From the human T2T-CHM13v2.0 reference genome, Homo sapiens, in the NCBI RefSeq assembly GCF_009914755.1, contig NC_060941.1: 64,000 nucleotides of DNA; one strand, given 5' to 3'. The notes beneath the pieces were generated by a model. That model was not told the DNA's origin. It ran no database searches and worked only from the letters and a program-made list of their open reading frames with translations. Shown in pieces: positions 34,842 to 55,466 of the stretch. Made by a program: the position numbers and the translations under genes. Each line of letters opens with the position of its first letter. Positions within the stretch are counted from its first letter, which is position 1.

Positions 34842-35275
34842 TGTATTGGTTTCCTGGAGCTGCTATAACAAAAGACTGCAAACTGAGTGGCTTATAACAA
34901 CAGAAATTCATTCTCTCACGGTTCTAGAAGTTAGAAATGCAAAATCAAGGTGTCAGCTGGGCCACGCTCCCTCTAAAGGCTCTTGGGAAGAAAGCTTCCC
35001 TGCCTCTAGTAGCTGCCAGAAGCCCTCGGTGTTCCTTGACTTGTGGATACATCACTCCAGTCACCCGGCCACCCTCACCTGTCTGTTTGTCTGTGTCCCT
35101 CTTCTTATAAGGACACCAGTCCTAATGTGGTATGACCTCATCTTAACTTGATTAAATTTCCATGACAGTAACTTGTTTATATCCACAAAGACCCCATTTC
35201 CGAGCCCTAAAAAGACCTGTGAAGGTCACATTCACAGGTTCTGTGCAGACAGGAATTTGCAGGGTGAGGACATTT
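34842..35275 (-). mobile_element. MLT1C-like MaLR LTR
   Basis: tgtattggtttcctggagctgctataacaaa...aacaacagaaattcattctctcacggttctaga. Confidence 0.8.
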
Positions 35276-35432
35276 TCCAACCCAAGGCAGACAGGAATCC
35301 AGATGACTCAGGTTTGGGGACTGTGCAACTTGGTAGAAGGTGGCAGCCTTGACTGAGAAGAGACACAGTGAAGGAGGACAGGTTAGGAGGTGAGGATGGA
35401 ATAGGAAGTGAGGGGGAGCCGTCAAGAGTTCA

Positions 35433-35884
<452 letters not shown>

Positions 35885-36033
35885 CTACAATGACAACAGT
35901 GACTTGAGCTAGGGTGGGAGCCGCCTGCAGTGCATGAGAGGAGAGCGGCTGGAGGCATCAGAGGTACAGTCACACATGGGTGGTAGGCTTGGAGCAAACT
36001 GAATATAGGATAGGGGACAAGGGGAAGCTCAAC

Positions 36034-36400
<367 letters not shown>

Positions 36401-36456
36401 TAAACTGGCAAAAGGATGTAAACAAGCCAACTCATCACAAAGCGAAATGCCAGAGG

Positions 36457-36756
36457 GAGTCGGGTGCAGTGGCTCACACTTGTAATATCAGCACTCTGGG
36501 AGGCCGAGGTGGGTGAATCACCAGAGGACAGGAGTTTGAGACCAGCCTGGCCAACATAGCAAAACCCCATCTCTACTAAAAATACAAAAAATTTGCCGGG
36601 AGTGGTGGTGCATCTGCGGTCCCAGCTACTCAGGAGGCTGAGACCAAAGAATCGCTTGAACCCAGGAAGTGGAGGTTGCAGTCAGCTGAGATCTCGCCAC
36701 TGTACTGCAGCCTGGGTGACAAAGCGAGATTCCATCTCAAAAGCAAAAAGCAAAAA
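36457..36756 (+). mobile_element. AluS
   Basis: Dimeric Alu. Confidence 0.9.
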
Positions 36757-36829
36757 GTTTGTTGGTGCCAGAGGGAATGTCGAAACTCATCTGTAATGGA
36801 AGAAAAATCAAAGAAAATGTATCATCAGG

Positions 36830-36980
36830 CTTAGGACACTGATTCAGACCCGTGTCACCTCTATGGGCCTCAGTTTTGTCAGCTGTAAAATTGGAATAAC
36901 CATCCCCAGCTCCATCAAGTGGTCGTGAAGACAAAATGAGCTCATCTGTGTTCTAGGCACTCAACATGTTGGCTATTTCT
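36830..36980 (+). mobile_element. MIR
   Basis: gggcctcagttttgtcagctgtaaaattggaataac. Confidence 0.6.
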
Positions 36981-37594
36981 AATACAAGGTGCCCCGTTTT
37001 TTACCGAGTGTTAAGTGCAAGCCCCCCAGTGTTGCTGACAGAGACCAAATCAACCCCAGAAAAAAAAAAAGAAGAAAGCCTCTCAGAGGGAATCTGGAGA
37101 ATCCAGGGGGACAACATTTATAACAAGAAAAACCTCTCATTATTATCAGACAGATAAGGATGCATGAAATAAACCCATAAAGACAGGATGCTAGAGGGGA
37201 AAAAAAAAACAGGAAGACTAAGAGAGTTTTCAAAACCTAAAACTGCAAAAACAACCGAAAACACTTTGCTCTTTTTATGGAATCAATGAAATTTTCCACC
37301 ACGCAGAACAAAGCAGCAAACAGATGATAAAATAAAGAGCGAAAAGAGAGGAGAGTGAGAGATTAAGTCCAGGAAGGCCAGTAGCCAACTAATAAGACTA
37401 ATAAAGAGAGGACAGAGGACCAGCCAGGGGAACTATTAAAGGCATATAAAATAACATTTACCAGAACTCAGGGACACTGGCTTCCAAACTGAGAAACTGC
37501 AGAACACATTTATTTAGAAATGTGGGAGAAAATGTCTCAAAAAGCAGACAAAAGTGGTTACTACTGGAAAAGAGGGCAGGACCATGGAAGGTGA

Positions 37595-37882
<288 letters not shown>

Positions 37883-37994
37883 AACCTAATGTTTAAAAAC
37901 ATGTTCTTTCACTTAATGTATTCTAATCTTTTTCTTGTTATGTTGGTGGTTACATATTACTCCATCACATGAGCTGAGATGAGTTCACTCCAGT

Positions 37995-38090
37995 GAGACG
38001 GAGGCTACAGTGAGCCAAGATTGTGCCAATGCATTCCAGCCTGGGCAACAGAGCGCGACCCCATCTCAAACAAAACAACAACAGAAACAA
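37995..38090 (+). mobile_element. Alu right-arm fragment
   Basis: gaggctacagtgagccaagattgtgcc...ccagcctgggcaacagagc. Confidence 0.8.
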
Positions 38091-38344
38091 CCATTATGTA
38101 TGGTATGAGCCCATTTGATTTTTTTTTTTTTTAATTATATATGAAGAAAAAACGATAGAAGATTGATACTACTGAGAAGAAAGTTTATAGGAGTCTGTAT
38201 GGAGAAGTTAATCAACTAGGGATAAAAGAGGTAAGTAGTAACCCTGAGGGCCACATACTAGAGGAAAACTGATACCCACAGTCGCAGACTTACATCAAAC
38301 CCAAACAGCTCATGTGTCTCCCACCCATTTTATATGAATAGTCA

Positions 38345-38565
38345 TCAACATGTATTGATGAGCATTTGCTATGTGTCAATTACTGTGTTAAATGCTTGAA
38401 ATATACTTACTCATTTCATCTGTACAGCAATCCTATACAGGAGACAGTACTATCATCTCCATTTTACAAATGGGGAAACTCAGGCTTACAAAGTCTAGCT
38501 AACTAGCCCGAGCTCCCACAACTAGTGATTAGCGAAACCAGGATCAAACCCAAGCAAGGTGACCC
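38345..38565 (-). mobile_element. MIR
   Basis: atcatctccattttacaaatggggaaactcaggctta. Confidence 0.7.
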
Positions 38566-38960
38566 CAGGATTCTTTATAATGCCAGAATACATGTCCACT
38601 AATAAAAAAGGGCTCCAGCCCATGGTGCCGACCGCCCCCTGCCCTGAGCTCACCCCACGCAGCTGATGGTTTGAGACATTTCCTGGCATGACTGCATCCT
38701 GAGATGTTCATCATAATTAAAACGTGGGGAAATTTTCAAACTGCTTCAGAGATGTAATGAGTTTACATTCAATTAGTTTCTTCCTTCATTGGGAGAATCA
38801 GAAAGACTGATTTCCGTATAGACTCAGCAGGGAGGATTTCTTGCTGCCTATTTTGAGATTTCATTCTGATGTTCCAGTAATATAAATCAGCACACATGGG
38901 GGGTCTGGAAAAATCAAGCTGAGCTGAGAGGCAGCCAACCCCAAAGAAAATCTCTAATGC

Positions 38961-39266
38961 GGGCCAGGTGTGGTGGCTCATGCCTGTAATCCCAGCACTT
39001 TGGGAGGCCGAGGTGGGTGGACCACACAGTCCGGAGTTCGAGACCAGCCTGACCACATGGTGAAACCCCGTGTCTACTAAAAATACAAAAATTAGCTGGG
39101 TTTGGTAGCGCATGCCTGTAGTCCCAGCTACTCAGGAGGCTGAGGCAGGAGAATCTCTTGAACCCGGGAGGCGGAGGTTGCAGTGAGCCAAGATCGCCAC
39201 TGCACTCCAGCCTGGGAGCTGGACCAAGACTCCATCTCGAAAAAAACAAAAAAACAAAAAAAAAAA
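38961..39266 (+). mobile_element. AluS
   Basis: Dimeric Alu, TSD ctctaatgc. Confidence 0.9.
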
Positions 39267-39444
39267 CTCTAATGCACACGCCACATTTATTCAACATTCA
39301 CTTTAAAAATATTTTTGGATGCCAACTATGTTCTAGGCCCTGTAATAAGGACCAAGGCTCAACAGTGAAAGAGACCGCCTCTGCCCTCAAGGTGCTTCTA
39401 GTTTGGGGAGGAAAGAAGACAAACAATTAGAATCCAGAGACAGT

Positions 39445-39785
<341 letters not shown>

Positions 39786-40206
39786 TTAAGAAGCAAAAAA
39801 ATCTCCTTAAGAAACAAAGACTCGATGACAAGGATCTGGAAGGGATCAGGGTCCAGAAGAGAAGGGCAGAGCAAGTGAACCCCAAGGGCTTTGGGAGCCA
39901 GGTCCATGATGAGGTCATATGCTGGAGTAAATGACAAGCAAACTCTCCCTTCACCAGCTGTCAACAATGCACCTCCCAATCCAACCTGCATGATGCCAGG
40001 AGTGTCCCTGTACCAAGCCAGTTGGCTGCTGGCTGTCTCTGGAAGAGAAGGGCTCTTCTGGGGAGTCGAGGGGGGATATGAAATGAATTCCCGTTAGAGT
40101 GCTCCACATTCATTCATGCGTGACATTGGGGTGGGGCAGAGGGGAGTTCATGCACATATTTGGGCACATTAAGGCTCTCAAAGGAAGCAGAGGTCCACAG
40201 GAGGTA

Positions 40207-40893
<687 letters not shown>

Positions 40894-40897
40894 CTTT

Positions 40898-40915
40898 TGG
40901 TGCCCACTATGGGGC
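40898..40915 (+). other. Decayed retroviral primer-binding site (tRNA-Lys-like)
   Basis: TGGTGCCCACTATGGGGC directly after the LTR; 14/18 match to TGGCGCCCAACGTGGGGC. Confidence 0.5.
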
Positions 40916-41019
40916 ACAGAGGACACTGCTGGCAACTCCCAAGGCCCCTGGAGGACACAGGAGAGGCACCGCTGGCCCCGTGAGGTCCCATCTTCCCCAC
41001 AGAGCCCCGAGGGTGGTGA

Positions 41020-41348
<329 letters not shown>

Positions 41349-41841
41349 GGACTCTGCTCTTTTTACATTGAGTCCCTGATCTTTTTTTGGCTTTTGCATC
41401 CAGGATTAGATTGTGCTGGATGAGAGCACGTGAGCTTCTGGGATCTGTGGTGGCTGGCAAGTCATTGGCAAAAGTCAAAGTCATGACAAAGACGGGACTG
41501 AGTCCTGTAGGGAGGCCTCAGGTGCCTGCCTGGGTCAAACAAGCTGGCTTGGATCTGGTAGGTGGGGAAGGTTACGAGAAGACAGGGAGTCATGGGTTCA
41601 CCTGGATCCAAGGGGTCTCCGTGAATCTATCCTCCTATCTACTCCTCTAACTGGAACTCCTGCCAATTTCATGTACAAGAACTATGAACCCAGAACCTGT
41701 GCTTTTCTAGAGAAAGAGAGAACTTTACCAAGAAGACTTACAGTGGCCACAGTGGGGAAGCTTTAAACTATATTTAATTTTTATTTGTGAGGCACATTAG
41801 AAAAGGAAGAATCAAAACACCCCAAAAAACTATGGGATGCA

Positions 41842-42144
41842 TTTTTTTTCTTTTCCTGAGACACAGTCTTGCTCTGTCACCAAGGCTGGAGTGCAGCGGT
41901 ATGATTTCAACTCACTGCAACCTCTGCCTCCTGAGCTCAATTGATCCTCCCTGCCTCAGCCTCCTGAGTACAGGCACCTGCAACCATGCCCAGTTAATTT
42001 TTTGTGGGAGATGTATATACATGTATATCAAGATGGGGTTTCGCCATGTTGTCCAGGCTGGTCTTGAACTCCTGGGCTCAAGCCACGCACCCGCCTTGTC
42101 CTCCCAAAGTGCTGGGATTACAGCAGGGGCCGCTGCACCTGGCC
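41842..42144 (-). mobile_element. AluJ
   Basis: Dimeric Alu, TSD ggatgca. Confidence 0.85.
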
Positions 42145-42516
42145 AGGATGCACTTTTAACTGGTTTGCAGGGGCATCTAAATGATTAAATGAATCAAACA
42201 TTGCCTCTTTTAATAGATTCTTTATAAAAGGCAAATAGAAAGCTTAAGTGACTCATTGATGAGAAAAAATATTTTATGTTGACTGACAATTCTGACCGCA
42301 CCTTTTCTCTATCTTTCTATCCTCCTCTGCCTAGTCTGAATTTACTTTTTCTCTTAGTAACCTTCCAATCTTAAAAACAAAAACAAATAAAAGTGATTTA
42401 TAAAAGTTAAGCTCTCAGATCAACGAGGTCTGCTTCTTTAGCCACTTTTATGGTTTGGTGAAAATCTTAAATTCAGCCCTGTTCATAATGGGTTTCCACC
42501 TGAATTCAGTAATCTA

Positions 42517-42852
<336 letters not shown>

Positions 42853-43129
42853 CTATCTTTAGTTATTTTAGTTATTTCGTTTTAGACTCTTTTTTTTTTT
42901 TTTTTTGTAAAAGAAATTTACTTCTGTGGGAAAAGTCTCCATTTGTGGGGTGTGTCCCTCTTTGCACCCTAAATCACTAGAAACTTTCAAAATGGAGAAG
43001 GTCAAGACTTAACTTTGTTTCACAGGCCTTGCCTTTCACCATTTTGTCTTCATCAGGCTTGCGTGTTTGTTTGTCTTGGCAAATAATACTATTTTGGCCT
43101 GAAATCTGGTTATCAGGCTAGCTGACAAT

Positions 43130-43797
<668 letters not shown>

Positions 43798-44262
43798 TGG
43801 CTAGTTTTGTTTAGTGAGCAATTAAATAATAACTGTTAAAAAAAAAAGAATAAATTAGGTGAATATGGACAGCATAAAAGTTTATAAATGAATTTGTCAT
43901 TGTTTCAAAAATCTTTTGCAGCAATTTGGAATTTTAAAGTAATAGATATTTATAAAATGTCTGAGTCATTTCTTAGTTAAAATACTAGAACATTAACTGC
44001 TAAACATAAGTTTCAAGTATAAATACTTTGGCATCTTGGTTTTGTACAATATAGAGAAGCTGAATATATTTGGGTTTGTTCATAAACATGAAAACATTGT
44101 TCTAGGAGGAAGCACATATTTCTAGAAATTACAAATGTATATTCATGAAATGTTAGTATATAACAGTTTAAAATTGTTTTACTTCTTATGTTTTCACTAG
44201 AAATTGAGGTTAGTAACAGTTTAAAATTCTAATCAATATAAGCTAGTGAAAACTGGAAATAA

Positions 44263-44604
<342 letters not shown>

Positions 44605-44607
44605 TCA

Positions 44608-45135
<528 letters not shown>

Positions 45136-45959
45136 AAGGTAAAAAAAAAAAAGTTGGGGGGTTTCTTTACCTTTTAGGAAACTGGCAAAGGAAATGAAGA
45201 CTGCGTTCTACCAAAATAACTTTTTGTCCTTCACGTTGTCTTTATCAGGTTTTTGATAACTATAGAAAACTATTAAAGAGCTAAGGTTTTTCCTCCAAAT
45301 ATGTTGCTTTTTATATTCACCTTTGAAGTCTTTATCACTCTGGTTAAATTAATGACTATTATTTCATAGTTACTTGTGATCCCATTTTGATGAAATGTTT
45401 TAAACCTTGGTGATATTTAAACCAAAATCAAACTCTAAATTTAGTCTTTCTGACCAAGAATTAACTTTGGGATTCTCTTGCTGGGCCCTGAGAAAGCCTC
45501 AAAGGATACATCTCTCACCTTGTAAAGGGGAGATATTATACGAATTAGGCTTATTTAGTATACTAAATTATATGGGAAGTACTGTCAAATAATAAGTAAT
45601 GCTGAACCTTCTTTGAATTTTACTCATATGTGTTCTAGAAAATTGTTTACAATTTTTAGAAATTTGATACGTGATCAGCCATAATTTCAGTTATTATGTT
45701 AAATGGTTGTATTCCACAGAAACAACTAAATTTCCTTGTCAATTGTGTCATTATTGAATGAAATTTCAACAGCTCTTTAACCATGGACATTTTAAGTCGT
45801 GTCACTCACAGACGGTTGTTTGCTCGGTACTTTCCTAAGCAACTATAAGCCTATATAGTTTTGTCTTCAAGGAGGCTCACGGAAAAGATTCTGACAAGTA
45901 CAGGTTTGTGATTACTTTAAGATCGTATCATTAAACTGGGTAAGAATTCTCAGAACTCA

Positions 45960-46282
<323 letters not shown>

Positions 46283-46591
46283 TCATAAAACCGTTAACCC
46301 ACCATCAAAAGAACAAGAATTACTTAAATGCTAAGTCAGATTTTCATGCTAAGTCAGTTGGTTGTGAAATTGTTAAGATATAGAAGCTGAATGAACTCCC
46401 TAAGATTTATCCAAGTCAAATCACCTATGATGACCTATTCATTGGACAGGGTTATGCATCTTAATTGGAGAAATAAAACTTGTACTTGAAAGGATGTAAA
46501 TTCAACATTAAGCGTAGACTCATAGAGGGCTTAGACAACTACTTGGTCTTTTCTGAGTCCTTAAAGCTTCCATTATTAAAAGTTCTATGCA

Positions 46592-46893
46592 GGCTGGGCA
46601 AGTGGCTCATGCCTACAATCTCAGCACTTTGGGAGGCCAAGGCGAGTGAATTGCTTCTGCTCAGGAGTTCAAGACTAGCCTAGGCAACATGGTGAAACCC
46701 CATCTCTACAAAAAAACACGAAAATTAGCCGGGTGTAGTGGCCCAAGCCTGTGGTCCCAGCTACTCAGGGGGCTAAGGTGGGAGGATCACTTGAGACCAA
46801 GAGGTCAATGCTGCAGTGACCTCGTGTGATCACGTCACTGCACTCCAGCCTGGGTGACAGACTGAAACCCTGCCTCAAAACAAAACAAAAAAA
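46592..46893 (+). mobile_element. AluJ
   Basis: Dimeric Alu with J-type positions. Confidence 0.88.
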
Positions 46894-47055
46894 ATCCTCT
46901 GTTCCATGACTCTTCATACCACAGACAAAATGAAACAAATTATGGAAAAATAATGGTGTGGCGACTGTTCTAGAATTACTAGGATGGTTTGTAACCAGTG
47001 AGTGCTTAGTTTGTCAAACTCATAATCCTGGAAAGACAATCAAAACTTCAGATGA

Positions 47056-47434
<379 letters not shown>

Positions 47435-47578
47435 TCATTAAATTGCCACCTTCAATAGGATATCAGTATGTCTTGCAACAGTTTGCATGTTTCCTGGTTG
47501 GATAGAAACTTTCCATGTAGAAAAGCTAATGCTATGACAGTAGCAAGGAAGTTATTACAAAATTTATTTCCTTTATGG

Positions 47579-47955
47579 CAGTGGTCTCCAACCTTTTTGG
47601 CACCAGGGACTGGTTTCGTGGAAGACAGTTTTTCCACGGATTGGGGGTGGGGGATGGTTTTGGGATGACACTGTTCCACCTCAAATCATCAGGCGTTAGA
47701 GTCTCATAAGGAGACCGTAACCTAGATCCCTTGCACGTGCAGTTCACCATAGGAGTTGTGCTCCTGTGAGAATCTAATTCTGCTGCTGATCTGACAGGAG
47801 GAGTTCAGGAGGTAATGAGAGCAATGGAGAGTGGCTGCAAATACAGATGAAGCTTTGCTCACTCACCCGCCACTCACCTCCTGCTGTGTGGCCCAGTTCC
47901 TAACAGGCCACAGACCAGTAAGTCTTGGGGGCCTGCTGGGGGTTGGGGGCCCCTG
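47579..47955 (+). mobile_element. MER1 (A/B) inserted into the ERV integrase
   Basis: Terminal inverted repeats cagtggtctcc / ggggcccctg; internal caacctttttggcaccagggactggtttcgtggaagac. Confidence 0.88.
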
Positions 47956-48365
47956 CTTGAGGAGACATCCCTGTCAAAATCTCTAGTGACACAGGAATCC
48001 ATTTGGACAAATTATAAAAGAGTTAAAATGTTAGAAGCACAAGGTACTAGCATTGTCTCTATCACCCTCAGTCTTTTGGAAAGATAAAAATGACAAAAGG
48101 CATTTTTAAAAATGAATTTGACGAAGGTAACTGAATCAATTGGATTGACTTGGCCAAAGGTACTACCGTTAGCACTAATGGCAATCAGATCCATTCTCAC
48201 TGGGATATACAGATTGACCCCTTATGAAATAATTACTGGAAGGCCTACGCTGCTAATAGAACCTCATGTATCTTTCACTCTTATAAACTCTAATATAATT
48301 AAATGCTGCAAGACTTTAACGAATTGTGTCAAAATGTATTTTCAGAGGGTAAAAGAAGCTTTTCA

Positions 48366-48767
<402 letters not shown>

Positions 48768-50022
48768 TTAAAGTTTATGCACAGGCAATGACCGTGTGTC
48801 CCTTCCTCCATCTTAAATACAATACTAATCTGGTTTCCCCTTGTTTATGCATTTAACAGGTATCTAATTTTTCCACACTCCTGGAGAACTAACTCATTTA
48901 GCTCCAGGGCTGTCTTGGTTGATTTCTCTACAAGAAGACCAGCGCCTCAGAAATTGACAGAGGTTTCCAAAGAAATGCTACAGCAAAAAAAAAAGGAAAT
49001 AAAAAAAAGAAAGAAAACCTACGCACTGGTCGGTGTGAAGCCTCCCCTTCATCTGTGTGTCAGACACACAATTCTCACCATCGGGCCTGATGGTTCTATT
49101 TGGTTTGCTGTTCAGTGAGTCTGCAGAAACCAAGCACTGTGGCTCATGGCCCTGAGCCAAAGTCAGATGTGGGATTAGAAGCCAGGGCACAGTGGCAGCA
49201 AAGATCAGCTTCCACCAACAAGCTATTAAAAAAGTTTCTCTCCCTGGTATTTTGTTCTTTCTTTTCTCCGGAGGGCACAGAAGCATTAAACAGTCATGAC
49301 TGAATTTATCCTCCCACCATTTGCACAAAATGGGAGGGAAAGGATTTCAGTCTCTGTGGAGCCTTGAGATGCCTGGAGGTTAAAGGACTTGTGGCTAATC
49401 CTGAGGACTCTAAGCAGCTCAGCTAGAAATACAACCTAGGGCTCCAGACTCCCCATCTGTGCTGAAACACTCTCTTTATTACTGTGTAGGATGGAGTTCT
49501 GCTTCCTGGCCTCAGCTGCCCAGAGAGGAGGTCCCCCCTCTAAGGAAAGCAGCAGTATTGCAAAGGTGCTCACAGGGACTCCTAAGGTCATATTCCTTAG
49601 GGTGGGAGCCACCAGGGAAGGGAAGTGGAATGAGGCCAAGAAAACTCCTTGATCCATCCGGCATCCAACCCTGTAGCCAGCAAACCTCTCCAGGCCCTGG
49701 GAAAAGCAGAGAGCAAGGATTCTCAGCCCATAATGTCAGCTCCTCTGGTCTCCGTGCTTCTCTTCTCACCATACTTGGCAGAGGGGGGATAGGGGAAAAA
49801 ACACAGTTTGGCACTGTATCCCCCTACTCTGCCCCATACCCCTGCCTGAGGAACACCAAGACAGGGCTTCCCCTTTCTCCCTCCTGCTCTCAGTCAAAGT
49901 GTCTTTATAGCCATAAATTAAATTTATAAAATGAGACAGAGTCTCCCCAGCAAAGGGGGAAAGAGATTGATTCCTGATTGTGGAAGAGAATTATTATTGG
50001 GTCCTTAAAAAAACAAAAAGAG

Positions 50023-50440
<418 letters not shown>

Positions 50441-50949
50441 TCAGGAGGTCAGGAATCCTTCCCCCGAGCAAAAAGATTCTGAAGATATTAAGTTACTGTC
50501 AGCCATAGAATGTCACCTCACCCAACAGCTAATTCTTGCTTCCAGAATAACACAGCCCTTGGACTGAGAGTTTAGCTCAAATCCTTTCCTCTCAGCAGAT
50601 CCAGAACACCTACAACTGATCTGGGCCCACAAAGGTTTTACTTCTCTGCCGCTTACAAACAGAGAACACATTAGGCTTAACTGGGGCTTCAAACTTTTTC
50701 CACCAATGTTTAAGTTAGTAAACTGAATAGACACTTAGAAAGCCAGCATTTCTTCTCACTGGATGGGAGTTGGTGCCCAAAGGGAGGCTCAGAGGCAGGA
50801 CGGAGAAAACAAGACAAAGGGGAAGCCCAGTGTCGGGATCAAGTGACAGCTGAGAATGGCCACAATGAAGGCACCTGGCACCAAAAAAGGAATACTGATT
50901 CTGGAAGGATGGACTGTGAACAGGTGTCATCTCTCCAAAGGAGAGGTGG

Positions 50950-51822
50950 TAGACAGCAAAGCATGGCCATGATATTTTGTAAGCTCCGCCTACTGAGAAC
51001 TAGAGACTAGAGAAACAGACTCTCCGGTTTCCACCTTCACCTTCTTGGAGCTCTTCCACTGCCATGTAAAGAAGCCTAGGCTACACTACTGAACCATGAG
51101 CAACCACATGGAGAGGCCCAGGCAAAAGGCAACAAACACCAAGGCCCCAGACCTGAGTGAGGCCCTTATACTCTCCAGTCTAGTGGAACTGCCAAATGAC
51201 CGCGGCCTCATGAGTGACCCCAGGCAAGACCAGCAGAAGAAGCACCCAGCTGAGCCCAGCAACCTAGAACCAGGGGAAATAAATTGTTGTCTTAAGCTAC
51301 TAAGTTTTGAGGTGTTTTCTAACCATACTCCACATTTACAGTCTGTTAACTACCCAACATCCATTACACCTCCTTGGCAAAAACACCTTAATTTGCTTTT
51401 GAGGAATCACTTTTCCCTCCATTATTCATCCTTATTATCTTTGTTATTTACTCTAATGGTGGGAGGAGGGAGAACAGGACACATGGCCCAGGCTTGGCCA
51501 TTAATACACTACATCCCCTGGCAACATACATTAGTATTCAGGGATGAGCACACATCCTGCTCAAGTTTCATGGGCCAGGAGTAACTGGCCTGTCATGGGA
51601 AACAGCCTGAAAGTGGAGCCACACAGGGAAAAGCAGGACCAGGAGATGGAGAAAAACCAGGTGCTGGTGACATCCTTTGATCCACAGAGTCTAGCAGTGC
51701 CCAGACACCAGTTCTACTCCTGGATATTTTAATTGCATAGACCAATACATTTTATTTCTTCTTTATGCCAGATTGAGTTAGGTTTTCTATCATTCATGAT
51801 CCCAAAAGTCCTAGCTAATACA
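50950..51822 (+). mobile_element. Cluster of old MLT1 LTR fragments
   Basis: gccatgtaaagaagcc...cagctgagcccagc...ttaagctactaagttttgagg; ends aaagtcctagctaataca. Confidence 0.65.
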
Positions 51823-52019
51823 AAGAGACTAAGGGACTTATTTTTATCGTATATCCTTTGTACTACTTGAATTTCTTACCAAGTTCATGTATTACTTCTT
51901 CCTTTCAAATGAAACTAAAGAAAGAAAGAACTCATTTTAAAAGCAACATACAAAATATACACCAAGAAGGTAAATCAATAACAGAATGAAGACTAAAAGT
52001 TCTCTCCGCACTAGGCTGT

Positions 52020-53280
<1,261 letters not shown>

Positions 53281-53341
53281 GATCACCAAAAGCAGAGAAG
53301 CAAGAAACATCACCACCAGTACAACTAGCTGTAGGTGTCTG

Positions 53342-53355
53342 GTTGCCATGGAGAC
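53342..53355. promoter_or_regulatory. RFX X-box motif
   Basis: GTTGCCATGGAGAC, a close match to the GTTGCCATGGCAAC consensus; function untested. Confidence 0.45.
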
Positions 53356-53559
53356 CACCCCAACACATGCAGATTCCAAAGTACAAACTCACTCAAACAA
53401 GACAGACCTGATGTAAGTAAGCCTAAGAGACCCCTGGCCTCCTCATTTCCGGTAGAGTCCCCCTCAGTCCATAAGGCAGAACGGTGATGCCAAACCCTTT
53501 AACAGCCCCAGGGCAGTTGGCCCCAGACACACAGTTCCTGTTGTAAGCTTGAACAGCTT

Positions 53560-54322
53560 TGCTTGACTACTTTCACAATCAAAGGACTGCCAAGTCCTCT
53601 AGACTCTCCAGCAGGACTGTCTCTCACACTTCCTATCTCCTATGCCTCTGTCCAAAGTCAAAACCTCATTATTACCTTTCACCTAAGTGCAAGAACCTCC
53701 ATCCTGTTTCTCAACTGCCAGCCTCCCCCTGTGCACACGCATGGCCAGTCCATCTGCTACCAACAGAATGTATTTCTTAAAAGCACAGCTCTGATCCTGT
53801 CCCCTTCTCAAAAACGTCTCCAGAAACTTCCCCATCAACCTAGAGAACAGAGCACAACTCCTTTCTAAGGAACTATAGGTTGATCACGTACGGGCCTCAA
53901 CCTACCTCTCTGGCATCACCTCCCAACCAAACGAATAACTATGTTGCCAACAGCCCTGTATTTTCCACTCTTATGCTTCCAATTTTCTGTTCCCTCTGCC
54001 TGTAACGCATTTCCTTCCCCTACCCCGTCTTCCCCACTCCCATCCTTACTTGTCAAAACTCAACCTATCCCTCCCACCCAAGCTCATCCATGAAGAAGTC
54101 CTAATTCCCCAACTAGAAGTAACCTCCCTGTCACTGAGTTTCCAGCACCTTTTGTTCACTACGTTCTTAACAACCACATGCTGACCCGCCTCATAATGAC
54201 AGGCAAATGTGACTTCTCTCCCCAGCCGACCTTGAGCTCCTTGCAGGGAGGGATTATATCTTGCTTCTTTGCCTGCTCTCCCACAATGCCTTACACATAG
54301 TAAGTGCTCACTAAATGGTTGA
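53560..54322 (+). mobile_element. L2 3' fragment
   Basis: Ends acaatgccttacacatagtaagtgctcactaaatggttga. Confidence 0.65.
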
Positions 54323-55466
54323 GGGCTTGGCCTGAAGACAATTCTCTCCCTGCTCCCACATTCTGAGCAGCTGTTCTCCAAAGAAAGAAACAAATGGTTA
54401 TTCTGCAAACAGAACACGTTTGGGCCAACTCTAAAATTACACAGGCCCTTGACAAAGCTTTGATTACTGGCTCTTCTCCCCTTTTATGAGCAAGCCACTG
54501 CTAAAAAGCAATAATATGCAATCCAACCGCAGCCTCTCCACAAAGCACTTGTGTTAATAATCTGTGTATGGATTTGGTCTTGACATGCAAGGGCTAAAGG
54601 ACAAAACTTAACCAATATTAACTTTGATCCTTTGCACTCAGGGTATCTTTCAAAAGAATTGATACTCAGTAAGTGCTTTTTCATGTGGTTGGTACTAAGA
54701 TGCATAAGAAAAATGATGTCAGCTACTCCCTATTATTTAAATTGCAGCAGAAGACATTTAGATCAGATAAGTTTCTAACAAGCTAGCTAAACACTCAATT
54801 AGGTTACAAAAAAAAAGTATAAAGTCTTGCTTCACAAATATCTTTGGGAACAATCTCTACTCCTACCATCTGTCTGGATTCAATGCAGTATTGGCCCGTC
54901 TGATGGCAGAGGGCTGCCTGAGATGACTCCCACAAGTCTCTGCCAGCCTGAGATTTTTCAGACATAGTATGTGATCCAACAGGCACTGTGCATCAAGAGA
55001 GAATTCAAACTCAAGCTCAAACTTTCCAAGCAGGAAAGATCCTGCCTGCCCTCTTTCTTTTATGAGAGCCAAGGAGCCAGGCCCAGAGGACAGGCCCGAG
55101 TTCCCAGCTGCAGGCTGACCAGTATCCCATGACCGACTGGAAAATGAACCTGAAAGTATGACAAATGCCCCCAACCCAGGCTGGTAACAAGATCAGCAGT
55201 CTTGAGAACCAACACTAATGTCAAGTATGAGCCTTCCATAGACAGGGCTGCAGCTAGACACCAGAGGTGACAGCCTCCTCCCAGGCTTCCCTCATCCAAG
55301 CTCCAGGGCCCCATTCTTTATGTCCAGAGCTCTTCTGACTGTGACCCGAACCCTAAGCATTAACTCAGTTGAATTCTTAGCCTCAAAGTTACATGGAGCC
55401 TTTGAAGGGAGTCTGCTTTTTCCAAACACCAGCTCATCCTTCATTAAACCATGATCCCGATTAGAA

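Noticed and set aside
49459-49929. 156-aa ORF on +
   Set aside because: Non-ATG start and no recognisable homology.
51096-51584. 162-aa ORF on +
   Set aside because: Lies within MLT1 LTR fragments.
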